In this document: positions 8,493-15,449 of the stretch, piece after piece
Layout of the letters: each line of letters opens with the position of its first letter
Position numbering within the stretch: the stretch's first letter is position 1
DNA from: a virus
Lineage: Duplodnaviria; Caudoviricetes
Strand: one strand, 5' to 3'
DNA length: 24,086 nt
Virus record (IMG/VR): IMGVR_UViG_3300026187_000089
Location: 1-24,086 of that record
The notes under the pieces: generated by a model
Databases searched by the model: none
The model's input: only the letters and a program-made list of their open reading frames with translations
Told to the model about the DNA's origin: nothing
Position numbers and translations under genes: made by a program

Positions 8493-9019
8493 AAGTAGAT
8501 AGACGGGTCAGGATCGCCTTCGACACCAAATGAGAATGTAACTCTTGAATGGTGAGGAAGAATCTGATGATGCGTCTGTCTAGGAATCCACACATAGTCA
8601 CCGGGGTTGAACCAGATAGGCTCATCGTTATTGAAGCCCTCTAGCCTAAAACGAATCTGACCCAGAACCTGGACAAGAAAAACATCCATGCTGTCTTTAT
8701 GCCATGGGTAACTTCCGCTCTCTCTACCAAACCCAGCAAAAGCAATGTTCGTGATTTTATTTCCGTGCAAAGAAAAAGTGTCTTGCATCTCTTGCTCAAT
8801 ATCTTTGGCAAACTGAGGTGCAGACGGTCTGCTATGAAAAGAATTAAGCTCGACTTTCATCTTATCGTTCTTTTCTCTAGTAGCGTCTTCTGGATGAGAA
8901 TCCATTAAATAAATATGGCTATCCCAATTATATTGATCGCTAATAGGAAAAGGTAGTTTACCAAAAAAAGGTCGACGATCAGCAATGTAATCGTCTTTTC
9001 CTTTAAAAATATTCAGCAT
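8489..9019 (-). CDS. JmjC/cupin-type 2OG-Fe(II) oxygenase (Cupin_4/RoxA-like core)
   Basis: WHKDSMDVFLVQVLG (HxD) and PGDYVWIPRQTHH (distal His). TGATG-coupled to regA. Confidence 0.75.
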   Translation of the reverse strand: MLNIFKGKDDYIADRRPFFGKLPFPISDQYNWDSHIYLMDSHPEDATREKNDKMKVELNSFHSRPSAPQFAKDIEQEMQDTFSLHGNKITNIAFAGFGRESGSYPWHKDSMDVFLVQVLGQIRFRLEGFNNDEPIWFNPGDYVWIPRQTHHQILPHHSRVTFSFGVEGDPDPSIYF

Positions 9020-9429
9020 CACTTATTTCCAATATTGTATTTGGGGCAGAGTTCCCATTCATCCTTTTCTTTATAGCCAATAATCTTGACTTGACGCATC
9101 GGCGCCTGATCTTGAGAAACTTCTTTGTTCTGAATTTCAACTAGACCCCAATCACTTAACAGTGTTGCAATTGTATTTCTACGTTGAATATCAGACAATT
9201 CCAGATTAGACTTTTTACCGTCTAACAGAAATAACTCTTTGAAATGCACGATAAAGTATCGACCCTGCTTGTGCAGAATATGGCAAGACTGAAACAACTT
9301 CTTTTCTTTACGAGAAGCAACTCCAATGCGAGTCAGAGTTTCTCTTACTTTCAAAAAGTCATCTGGTTCTGCCAGAGTAACTTCCAGCATCTTAGCTGGG
9401 GACCATTCGACGATGTTATTTTCTTCCAC
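9019..9429 (-). CDS. regA: RegA translational repressor
   Basis: DDFLKVRETLTRIGVASRK...QSCHILHKQGRYFIVHFKELF, with a C-terminal W.L.PKYNIG. Confidence 0.97.
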   Translation of the reverse strand: MEENNIVEWSPAKMLEVTLAEPDDFLKVRETLTRIGVASRKEKKLFQSCHILHKQGRYFIVHFKELFLLDGKKSNLELSDIQRRNTIATLLSDWGLVEIQNKEVSQDQAPMRQVKIIGYKEKDEWELCPKYNIGNK

Positions 9430-9793
9430 CTTTGCTCACCTTATTTCTTATAATTGTTAGTTGGTCAGAAGAGAGAAGAGGGATTACTTGGCGGGCTTTT
9501 TCATTACTATACCCATAATACTCTTTCACTGCTTCCATATCATCTATCTCAGTGGGCTTCATCCACTTAGAGAAGCGTTTACGCTTCCTAACGATATTTA
9601 TAAGAAATTGGAATTGTAACTTATTGTCAAGGTGATGATACTGATTCATAGCATTTGCGACATGAATCGTATCAGAAAAATATGAAAGACTGCGATTGAC
9701 CACAAAGGGCACATACTTCTTTTCGTTATCAGGGTCTTGCATCAAATCTTTTTTAGTGTCATTAATTGCATTCAGAAAGTCAAATGGGCTCAT
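9416..9793 (-). CDS. 62: gp62 clamp loader small subunit
   Basis: Y.PF.VNRSLSYF.DT...AN.MN, RKRKRFSKW and VKEYYGYSNEKA motifs. Lies directly upstream of regA. Confidence 0.95.
   Translation of the reverse strand: MSPFDFLNAINDTKKDLMQDPDNEKKYVPFVVNRSLSYFSDTIHVANAMNQYHHLDNKLQFQFLINIVRKRKRFSKWMKPTEIDDMEAVKEYYGYSNEKARQVIPLLSSDQLTIIRNKVSKGGRK
9595..9602 (-). promoter_or_regulatory. T4 late promoter consensus inside gp62, upstream of regA
   Basis: Exact TATAAATA on the minus strand, about 165 nt before the regA start. It is the only exact copy I noticed. Confidence 0.5.
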
Positions 9794-10290
9794 AATTTAT
9801 CCGCAAATATATTCACTGTAGTTCTATCATTTATATCAGAATAGTAAGAGTGCCAGGAGTTGTCTGACCTATAGAAGCCTACTGCTCTGTTTGGTTTCCA
9901 CTCAACTTCATTTTCAAAAACTTCTTTGCTTGAATATAATTTTGTACCATTACCACGATCAGAAATATAAAGAACAATCGTGAATATCTTACAACTTGAA
10001 TCGCAATGTGTTTCATAATTAAATCCCTTACCTACATTCATGTACTCAACACCCACAGTGGTGTTAGTGAAGTCTTCACCCAGAGTCTTTGTAAACTCTA
10101 AAAAATTCTCTCTCAGAATATTATGAATAGTGTGATAGCCACGATCACGAAAGAAGAAGTTTACTCTAGAGTTTTCTTCTGCTTTTGGAAAAGAGACAAT
10201 ACTGTCTTTAATCAGTTGAAAAGTATTCTCATCTAAAAAATCATCAACTATCCAATGCTTCCAGGGATAGTCATTGACCCTAACTTTCAT
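9790..10290 (-). CDS. 2OG-Fe(II) oxygenase (prolyl-hydroxylase-like fold)
   Basis: YPWKHWIVDDFL N-terminus, HCD...IFTIVLYI, GT.LY and SWHSY....RTTVN, giving HxD...H...R. Confidence 0.8.
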   Translation of the reverse strand: MKVRVNDYPWKHWIVDDFLDENTFQLIKDSIVSFPKAEENSRVNFFFRDRGYHTIHNILRENFLEFTKTLGEDFTNTTVGVEYMNVGKGFNYETHCDSSCKIFTIVLYISDRGNGTKLYSSKEVFENEVEWKPNRAVGFYRSDNSWHSYYSDINDRTTVNIFADKL

Positions 10291-10714
10291 CAGAAATCTG
10301 CCTTACAATTATATCACACTGCGATAAAAAATCAAGTCCGCTGCAGTTGCGATACTCATACTTGTAAAAGACTTTAGAAATACCTACCTGATGAATAAGC
10401 TTAGCACACTCAATACATGGAGAGACAGTCACATAGAGTTCTGCATCTTTGCCACTCTCAGTGCTTTGCGCCAGCTTAGCAATTGCATTTGTCTCAGCAT
10501 GCAGAACTTCTCGCTTAGTAGTCAACTTGCCGTCTAAGTAGTCTAGATGCTCACAGCAGTTATCCCAACCAGAAGGCATGCCGTTGTAACCGATGCTGAT
10601 GATGCGATTGTCTTTTGCAATCACACAGCCCACTTGAAGTCTCTTTGCAGAAGATAGCTGAGCGTAAATCTCAGCAGCCTCCATATGGGCTTTATTCCAT
10701 TTAGTTAGTTTCAT
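10280..10714 (-). CDS. cd: dCMP deaminase
   Basis: VGCVI...IISIGYNGMPSG, HAETNAI and SPCIEC zinc motifs. Confidence 0.93.
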   Translation of the reverse strand: MKLTKWNKAHMEAAEIYAQLSSAKRLQVGCVIAKDNRIISIGYNGMPSGWDNCCEHLDYLDGKLTTKREVLHAETNAIAKLAQSTESGKDAELYVTVSPCIECAKLIHQVGISKVFYKYEYRNCSGLDFLSQCDIIVRQISDES

Positions 10715-11108
10715 GTAAATCCATTGCCTTACGAATGTCTGGTCTAAAGTATGTATCAGGTTTTAGAATCTTGCCATCCTCACGCCGCTTGACTTTGCCT
10801 TTGACTGTCTTGCTCATGTTAGAGGCTTTGACTTCGTCCCAGACTTTATGAAAAGGAATGTCCAGAGTAGAAGCAAGACCCATGATTACCCAGACCATAT
10901 CAGCCAGACCATCAGCAACCTCTACGATGTCCTTGTCAGCAAAAGCGGCAATCGTCTCATGAAACTCTTCAACAATAAGGTTCTTGTACAGTTCAGCTTG
11001 CTCAGTGAAGTTCTCTACTCCACGCTCAGAAGCATAGACGACATCTTGCCCACATGCCTTCATAAATTCTTCAACATCATTTTGATAATCGTAAGCAACC
11101 CTAGTCAT
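10701..11108 (-). CDS. MazG-like / PRA-PH-family all-alpha NTP pyrophosphohydrolase
   Basis: LIVEEFHE...EVADGLADMVWV acidic metal-binding helices, plus EV..SNMSK and R.DGKILKP. Confidence 0.85.
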   Translation of the reverse strand: MTRVAYDYQNDVEEFMKACGQDVVYASERGVENFTEQAELYKNLIVEEFHETIAAFADKDIVEVADGLADMVWVIMGLASTLDIPFHKVWDEVKASNMSKTVKGKVKRREDGKILKPDTYFRPDIRKAMDLHETN

Positions 11109-11278
11109 TCGTTATACTCCACAATCTTGTAAACGCCATACAATTCACCGAGCTTCTTTGCTTCCTCAAAAGAGTCAAAGAGTTTAGTCCGAAGTTGAAA
11201 CTTGCTGTCTCCTTCGGTCACATACAGCCATGCTTCTTCAAGAGGAATCATTACAGCATACTTAGGTGAATTCGACAT
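11105..11278 (-). CDS. Small hypothetical protein (57 aa)
   Basis: Manual translation MSNSPKYAVMIPLEEAWLYVTEG...VYKIVEYNE. It fills the gap exactly, overlaps the gp44 end and is ATGA-coupled to the next gene. Confidence 0.75.
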   Translation of the reverse strand: MSNSPKYAVMIPLEEAWLYVTEGDSKFQLRTKLFDSFEEAKKLGELYGVYKIVEYNE

Positions 11279-12197
11279 TTGCCATAATCTCCGTCATGCA
11301 TGCCACCAGATTCAGTTCATGGTCAGCGACAAATGCATTCTTGTATTGATAATCAGCCAGAATGAGAACTAGCTGGGGAATAGACTGAGGAGCAACAGCT
11401 TCGCTCATGGCGTCATAGATACCACGAAAGACAGCAGCAGGCTCAGTGTCCATATTGTTCACAACCCAAGAACGCATCTTCTTGAAGTCTTTGTCCTTGA
11501 GAGCCTTGAAGAGGTCAGAATAGCTGGCATTGCCACCAATCAGAACCTCTGTGCTTAGCGTACCTGAGAGAGAACCACGCTGCGCTTCATTCAGCACTCG
11601 CCGCCAGTCTGGGGCATGCTTCATGATAAGCTGAGCAGCAGTGTCCTTGTTAAACTCAACACCTTCGTCCTCTAGAATATGAATCATGCGAACAAAGAAG
11701 TCAGAGGACAGCTTCGCAAGTTCTTTCTTGGTGCAGTTGAATTCATAGACACCGCACCGAGAGTGTAGGGGCTCAATAATCTTGTTCTTGAAATTACAGG
11801 TTAGAATGAACCGACAGTTCTTAGAGAATTCTTCAATGAATCCACGCAGAGCAGGCTGTGTAGACTGAGGATTCAGATAGTCAGCCTCATCTAGAATCAC
11901 AACCTTGTAGCCACCTGACAGAGACACCGAAGAGGCAAACTGCTTAATCTTGCCTCGCAGGGTGTCAATGTTACCCTCTTCAGAGCCATTGATAACAATG
12001 TAGTCTAGTCCTAACTGGTCACAGATAGCACGAGCAACTGTAGTCTTGCCTAGACCAGCAGTACCACTGAAGAGCATATTAGGCAGTTCGCCGCCAGCAA
12101 CAATATTCTCAAAGGTTTTCTTCAGGGCAGGCGGAAGCACCGTCTCTGCAACAGTACGAGGACGGTACTTCTCAACCCATAGAAATTCTTTAGACAT
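11262..12197 (-). CDS. 44: gp44 clamp loader AAA+ subunit
   Basis: LWVEKYRP, GTAGLGKTT Walker A, ILDEADYL Walker B and HSRC sensor motif. Confidence 0.97.
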   Translation of the reverse strand: MSKEFLWVEKYRPRTVAETVLPPALKKTFENIVAGGELPNMLFSGTAGLGKTTVARAICDQLGLDYIVINGSEEGNIDTLRGKIKQFASSVSLSGGYKVVILDEADYLNPQSTQPALRGFIEEFSKNCRFILTCNFKNKIIEPLHSRCGVYEFNCTKKELAKLSSDFFVRMIHILEDEGVEFNKDTAAQLIMKHAPDWRRVLNEAQRGSLSGTLSTEVLIGGNASYSDLFKALKDKDFKKMRSWVVNNMDTEPAAVFRGIYDAMSEAVAPQSIPQLVLILADYQYKNAFVADHELNLVACMTEIMANVEFT

Positions 12198-12219
12198 AAA
12201 TTACTCCATAACATAGTAG

Positions 12220-12381
12220 TCACCAATTGTGAATGATGTTTGACATGATAAAGAAGCATGTCACAAAATTCACAGTCACGAACACAGAACGAATCACAGC
12301 GACAACATCATCATAATCGGCAGTCTTCTCATCGCTGTAACTACCGATTGCGTACTTCCACACTGTCCAAATTTTTTCCAT
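12220..12381 (-). CDS. Small membrane protein (53 aa)
   Basis: MEKIWTVWKYAIGSYSDEKT...hydrophobic C-terminal segment...HNW. Start re-called to ATG 12381. Confidence 0.7.
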   Translation of the reverse strand: MEKIWTVWKYAIGSYSDEKTADYDDVVAVIRSVFVTVNFVTCFFIMSNIIHNW

Positions 12382-12388
12382 AAGCTTC

Positions 12389-12418
12389 ATTATATCAGAT
12401 TTTACCCTCAGAACGCAA
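12389..12418 (-). promoter_or_regulatory. Extended -10 sigma70 promoter upstream of the gp44 unit
   Basis: TTGCGT (12418-12413), 18 nt, TATAAT (12394-12389), with TGn immediately upstream of the -10. Confidence 0.6.
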
Positions 12419-12520
12419 CCTTTTATACTCAATAAATGTCATCTTATATTGAGCAGTAGGATGCCGTAGGTAGTCTGAATACCAATTACGAGTTTTCCTC
12501 GTAGGGGCAGCGGCTTGCAT
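12395..12520 (-). CDS. Small hypothetical protein (41 aa)
   Basis: Manual translation MQAAAPTRKTRNWYSDYLRHPTAQYKMTFIEYKRLRSEGKI. AAGGT upstream; fills an otherwise empty gap. Confidence 0.55.
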   Translation of the reverse strand: MQAAAPTRKTRNWYSDYLRHPTAQYKMTFIEYKRLRSEGKI

Positions 12521-12531
12521 TTTCTTTTACC

Positions 12532-12972
12532 TTAGAGTGATTCCAAAAAAGTGTCAATCATAACAGCCTTGGTCTTACGGCGGTCAAGCTCAACACCGTG
12601 CTTTACTGCAAGTTCGTCAATCTGCTTCTTGGTCATAGACTCAAGTTCTTCCCGAGTAACAGCAGCTGCTTTTGCCTTTGCCTTTGCCTTGGGTTTTTGA
12701 GGCGGAGTCAGAACTTCTTCAACAGCAGGGTTTTCTGCTGCTTCAATAGACTCAAGTTCTTCCCGAGTAACAGCAGGAGCAATAACTGCATTAGAAAACA
12801 CAACCTCAGCTTTCACAGGATTAACGGGCGTTACTTCGGGCTTCGTATCAACGCTGCAGTCAGAAGGAAAAGTCTCATCAAGACCATCCAACTTATCGTT
12901 CTCACGGGCTAGCCAAATGTACACACCAATTGTAACAACTACCAGAATACCAAGAATAAGTCCAAAATCCAT
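12532..12972 (-). CDS. Membrane-anchored protein with a C-terminal helix-extension-helix (Rho-N-like) motif
   Basis: GGAGG RBS and ATG 12972. N-terminal TM segment FGLILGILVVVTIGVYIWL, a Pro/Ala/Lys linker, and ELESMTKKQIDELA..HGVELDRRKTK.MI. Confidence 0.7.
   Translation of the reverse strand: MDFGLILGILVVVTIGVYIWLARENDKLDGLDETFPSDCSVDTKPEVTPVNPVKAEVVFSNAVIAPAVTREELESIEAAENPAVEEVLTPPQKPKAKAKAKAAAVTREELESMTKKQIDELAVKHGVELDRRKTKAVMIDTFLESL
12635..12776. repeat. Perfect 31-bp direct repeat (12635-12665 and 12746-12776)
   Basis: atagactcaagttcttcccgagtaacagcag occurs twice, 111 bp apart, encoding AVTREELES in frame. Confidence 0.9.
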
Positions 12973-12988
12973 ATCAACCTCCAAGTTT

Positions 12989-13597
12989 TCACGGACGATA
13001 AAAAAGATGATTATCAATTACTGCAGTAACTATATAGTCTTGACTCCACACCGGAAGCACATAATCTGCGTGATAATATAGCGCACCATCAGTAATATCA
13101 ATCATATCAGTAGAAAGAAAGACTTCTATAAGTTCTTCTAGTTCAAAGAATGTCTCAGCATCAACTGGTATGTCAGACAAGCCGTCACAGTACCAAGAGA
13201 ACTGACACTGATCTCTCACAGGCCATTCATTGCCTAACCAGTTAGTGTATGTCGGACCCTGAGTGACGACATCACAGATAGTGTCAGGAAATTTATGGCT
13301 GTAGACTCTGTTGATAACAACCTGCATCGTGGCAAGGCGACCAGCTTTGCTTTGATTTCTTGCTTCATAGTATGTGTTGATTGCAAGACATTGACGATTT
13401 TTAGGTGTGTCAACCCCTCTCTTCTGATGCTCAGATTCTTCTACTGGCTCCAGTTCAGGTTCTTCTATGACAATGTTAGCACCCGTAGGCATTGGTCCCA
13501 TAGGACCTTTCACTGGAACATCGTCTTGTGTCGTAATGAAAAGAAGAAAAAGAAGAAAAAGAATGAAACCGAATGCAGAAAGCCAAATTCTAAGCAT
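12989..13597 (-). CDS. SleB/Hydrolase_2 cell wall hydrolase with an N-terminal membrane anchor
   Basis: CLAINTYYEARNQ, VVINRV...FPDTICDVV.Q, CQFSWYCDG and DITDGALYYHADYV.P.W motifs. Confidence 0.9.
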   Translation of the reverse strand: MLRIWLSAFGFILFLLFLLFITTQDDVPVKGPMGPMPTGANIVIEEPELEPVEESEHQKRGVDTPKNRQCLAINTYYEARNQSKAGRLATMQVVINRVYSHKFPDTICDVVTQGPTYTNWLGNEWPVRDQCQFSWYCDGLSDIPVDAETFFELEELIEVFLSTDMIDITDGALYYHADYVLPVWSQDYIVTAVIDNHLFYRP

Positions 13598-13778
13598 AGT
13601 AGTCTACCTTGTTTACTCTAACAACAGGATCAACTTGTCCGTTCTTATCATAAACGATAGTATCAAAAGTGACTTCAGTGTACTTATTCTCTCCGACTTC
13701 TTCTCCGGGAGAAACATTGATCAAGGTTCTTTGTGTTGTATATGTCACAGGGACAGTGGAAGTTACATCAGGGAGCAT
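13590..13778 (-). CDS. Hypothetical protein (62 aa)
   Basis: Co-oriented ORF overlapping both neighbours. Confidence 0.6.
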   Translation of the reverse strand: MLPDVTSTVPVTYTTQRTLINVSPGEEVGENKYTEVTFDTIVYDKNGQVDPVVRVNKVDYYA

Positions 13779-13984
13779 TTTAATAACTTCTTAAGTTGAG
13801 CCTCTGAAAGTTTATTGAACTTACGATGAGATTTAGTGAAAGGCATAGGAGTCTTTAGTTGAATAATATCTAAAGTGCCTTCTTTTATGTAGCCTATTAG
13901 CTTCGTGCGGGAGACAAAATAAATGTGATTTGGTTGATTATAATGAACATCTTTCCAGTCAGTCACTTCTTGCAGAATTTGCAT
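13763..13984 (-). CDS. Hypothetical protein (73 aa)
   Basis: AGGAG RBS; first gene after a sigma70 promoter. Confidence 0.75.
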   Translation of the reverse strand: MQILQEVTDWKDVHYNQPNHIYFVSRTKLIGYIKEGTLDIIQLKTPMPFTKSHRKFNKLSEAQLKKLLKCSLM

Positions 13985-14008
13985 AGTCTTCTCCTAAGTG
14001 TCATGAAC

Positions 14009-14037
14009 ACTATATCAGACTAGCTAGAACGAGTCAA
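14009..14037 (-). promoter_or_regulatory. sigma70-type promoter downstream of tRNA-Thr
   Basis: Intergenic TTGACT (14037-14032), 17 nt, TATAGT (14014-14009), with an extended -10 TGn. Confidence 0.75.
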
Positions 14038-14055
14038 TGCCCGTTCGTCGGATGA

Positions 14056-14131
14056 TGGTGCCGCCACCAGGAATCGAACCCGGGACCCTCTGATTACAAA
14101 TCAGATGCTCTACCTGCTGAGCTATAGCGGC
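14056..14131 (-). tRNA. tRNA-Thr (anticodon TGT), CCA encoded
   Basis: 76 nt GCCGCTATAGCTCAGCAGGTAGAGCA-TCTGA-TTTGTAA-TCAGA-...GGTTCGATTCC...TGGCGGC-ACCA. All stems pair. Confidence 0.97.
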
Positions 14132-14934
14132 GGATAAAACGCATTGTAGAACCATTCATTCTCTCTTACAACCCCTTCATGAAACCAATCAGGTAATTGT
14201 CTATTTGGTTCTTTATAATATTGAAACTCACGATCAGTTACATGACTAATCTTCTCGGCATAATATACATTATCATGCTCGTAATTATCATTTAATTCAA
14301 TATTACTTAAATCGTGCTCGTAATATTCTTCACCAAGAAAACGATATATCTTCTTCAACATATGCTCTGGTTCTTTGGTAAAGTCTTCATATCGCAAAAA
14401 CATAACACGACCACTTTCAAATAAATCCATGCAACGAGGAATCTCAGTCCTCAGAGTTGCATTCATGGGATTCATTCGATTCACATAATACTGAAACTTC
14501 TCCTGCATGGTCATAGATGCCACAACAGTATTGTCATCAGTATATGTGTGCGTTGCTAGAGTCTTTCCTTCTAGTTTCTCAAAGCTCTCAATGATGTCTC
14601 GTAGGTCACGAACAGTCACAAGAATCTTAGCATCAGGAAACAGATGCAGAAACTCAGACCAGTAGCGACTCTTAGAGAACACAACAGGTTTGTCAGTAAG
14701 TCCAGAGTACCACCCAAGAGCAGATCCTCGAATAAAACCATAGAGTGCTTTGTCGGAAGACTTCTGACTCATTGCCAGGAATTCCTCTTTCACTCGGACT
14801 CGGGTTAGCAAGTCTTTGAGCAAACGAGGAAGCACACAAGTCCCTGAAGTGAAGATCCTAGGATTCTGCTGTAGGATATTCATCAGTACGGTGCTGCCAG
14901 ATCGAGGCAATCCTGTGCAAATGTTTAGTTGCAT
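14122..14934 (-). CDS. PAPS-dependent sulfotransferase family protein
   Basis: 5'-PSB loop GLPRSGSTVL, 3'-PB region VRDLRDIIES, and LRYEDF...P...L..IY.FLG. Confidence 0.85.
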   Translation of the reverse strand: MQLNICTGLPRSGSTVLMNILQQNPRIFTSGTCVLPRLLKDLLTRVRVKEEFLAMSQKSSDKALYGFIRGSALGWYSGLTDKPVVFSKSRYWSEFLHLFPDAKILVTVRDLRDIIESFEKLEGKTLATHTYTDDNTVVASMTMQEKFQYYVNRMNPMNATLRTEIPRCMDLFESGRVMFLRYEDFTKEPEHMLKKIYRFLGEEYYEHDLSNIELNDNYEHDNVYYAEKISHVTDREFQYYKEPNRQLPDWFHEGVVRENEWFYNAFYPPL

Positions 14935-15137
14935 TATTCGTTCAACAATCGCTTAGTTTTGAGGACACCGTTCAGCCAGTTCTCTGCAGTGTCCTGTGCA
15001 TAATAGATGCTTTTACCAGGAAGTTCTTTGCTCTCTAGCAGATTGTCATCCTCGTAAAGATCAACCACATACATTTCGCATTCTTCTTCGTTTTGCTTTC
15101 GAATCTCTGCGCCACGATTTTCACGCTTCAAGTACAT
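14934..15137 (-). CDS. Small hypothetical protein (67 aa)
   Basis: GGAGGT RBS and ATG 15137 (MYLKREN...KSIYYAQDTAENWLNG). TAATG-coupled to the sulfotransferase. Confidence 0.75.
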   Translation of the reverse strand: MYLKRENRGAEIRKQNEEECEMYVVDLYEDDNLLESKELPGKSIYYAQDTAENWLNGVLKTKRLLNE

Positions 15138-15149
15138 AGTACCTCCAAT

Positions 15150-15226
15150 TGGCGCACCCACCAGGACTCGAACCTGGAACCTACAGCTTAGAAGGCTGTT
15201 GCTCTATCCAATTGAGCTATGGGCGC
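15150..15226 (-). tRNA. tRNA-Arg (anticodon TCT), CCA encoded
   Basis: 77 nt GCGCCCATAGCTCAATTGGATAGAGCA-ACAGC-CTTCTAA-GCTGT-...GGTTCGAGTCC...TGGGTGC-GCCA. Confidence 0.97.
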
Positions 15227-15233
15227 ATGGGGC

Positions 15234-15251
15234 GGGGGAGATTACTCCCCC
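15234..15251 (-). other. GC-rich hairpin between the 67-aa ORF stop and tRNA-Arg
   Basis: GGGGGAG-TAAT-CTCCCCC is a 7-bp stem with the stop codon in the loop. There is no U-tract. Confidence 0.6.
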
Positions 15252-15445
15252 TGGGACTGAAACTCTTCTGCCATCTGAACAACTTGAACTGCTTGGTCAC
15301 GAAGTTGACCGATGGTGGAAAGTTCTTCACCTTTGAAACCGCCACGCTGGACGACCGTATCAATCACTGCAATCGTAGAACGAGCAACACGGTTGCCCAT
15401 CTCGTACATCTTGCTGTGATCTTCTTGCTTTGCTGCATCTGCCAT
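15242..15445 (-). CDS. Conserved-looking hypothetical protein (67 aa) downstream of gp45
   Basis: GGAGAG RBS and a helical IDTVVQRGGFKGEELSTIGQLRDQ segment. Confidence 0.8.
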   Translation of the reverse strand: MADAAKQEDHSKMYEMGNRVARSTIAVIDTVVQRGGFKGEELSTIGQLRDQAVQVVQMAEEFQSQGE

Positions 15446-15449
15446 TTTA

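Noticed and set aside
13539-13562. Purine-only run aagaagaaa x2
   Set aside because: It simply encodes the Phe/Leu transmembrane anchor of the hydrolase on the minus strand.
14041-14051. CCGACGAACGG between tRNA-Thr and the downstream promoter as a regulatory box
   Set aside because: Only one copy was seen in the window and the stem is just 3 bp.
14056-15226. tRNA-flanked segment as an integrative mobile element
   Set aside because: No integrase, and no duplicated tRNA 3' end (att) was found.
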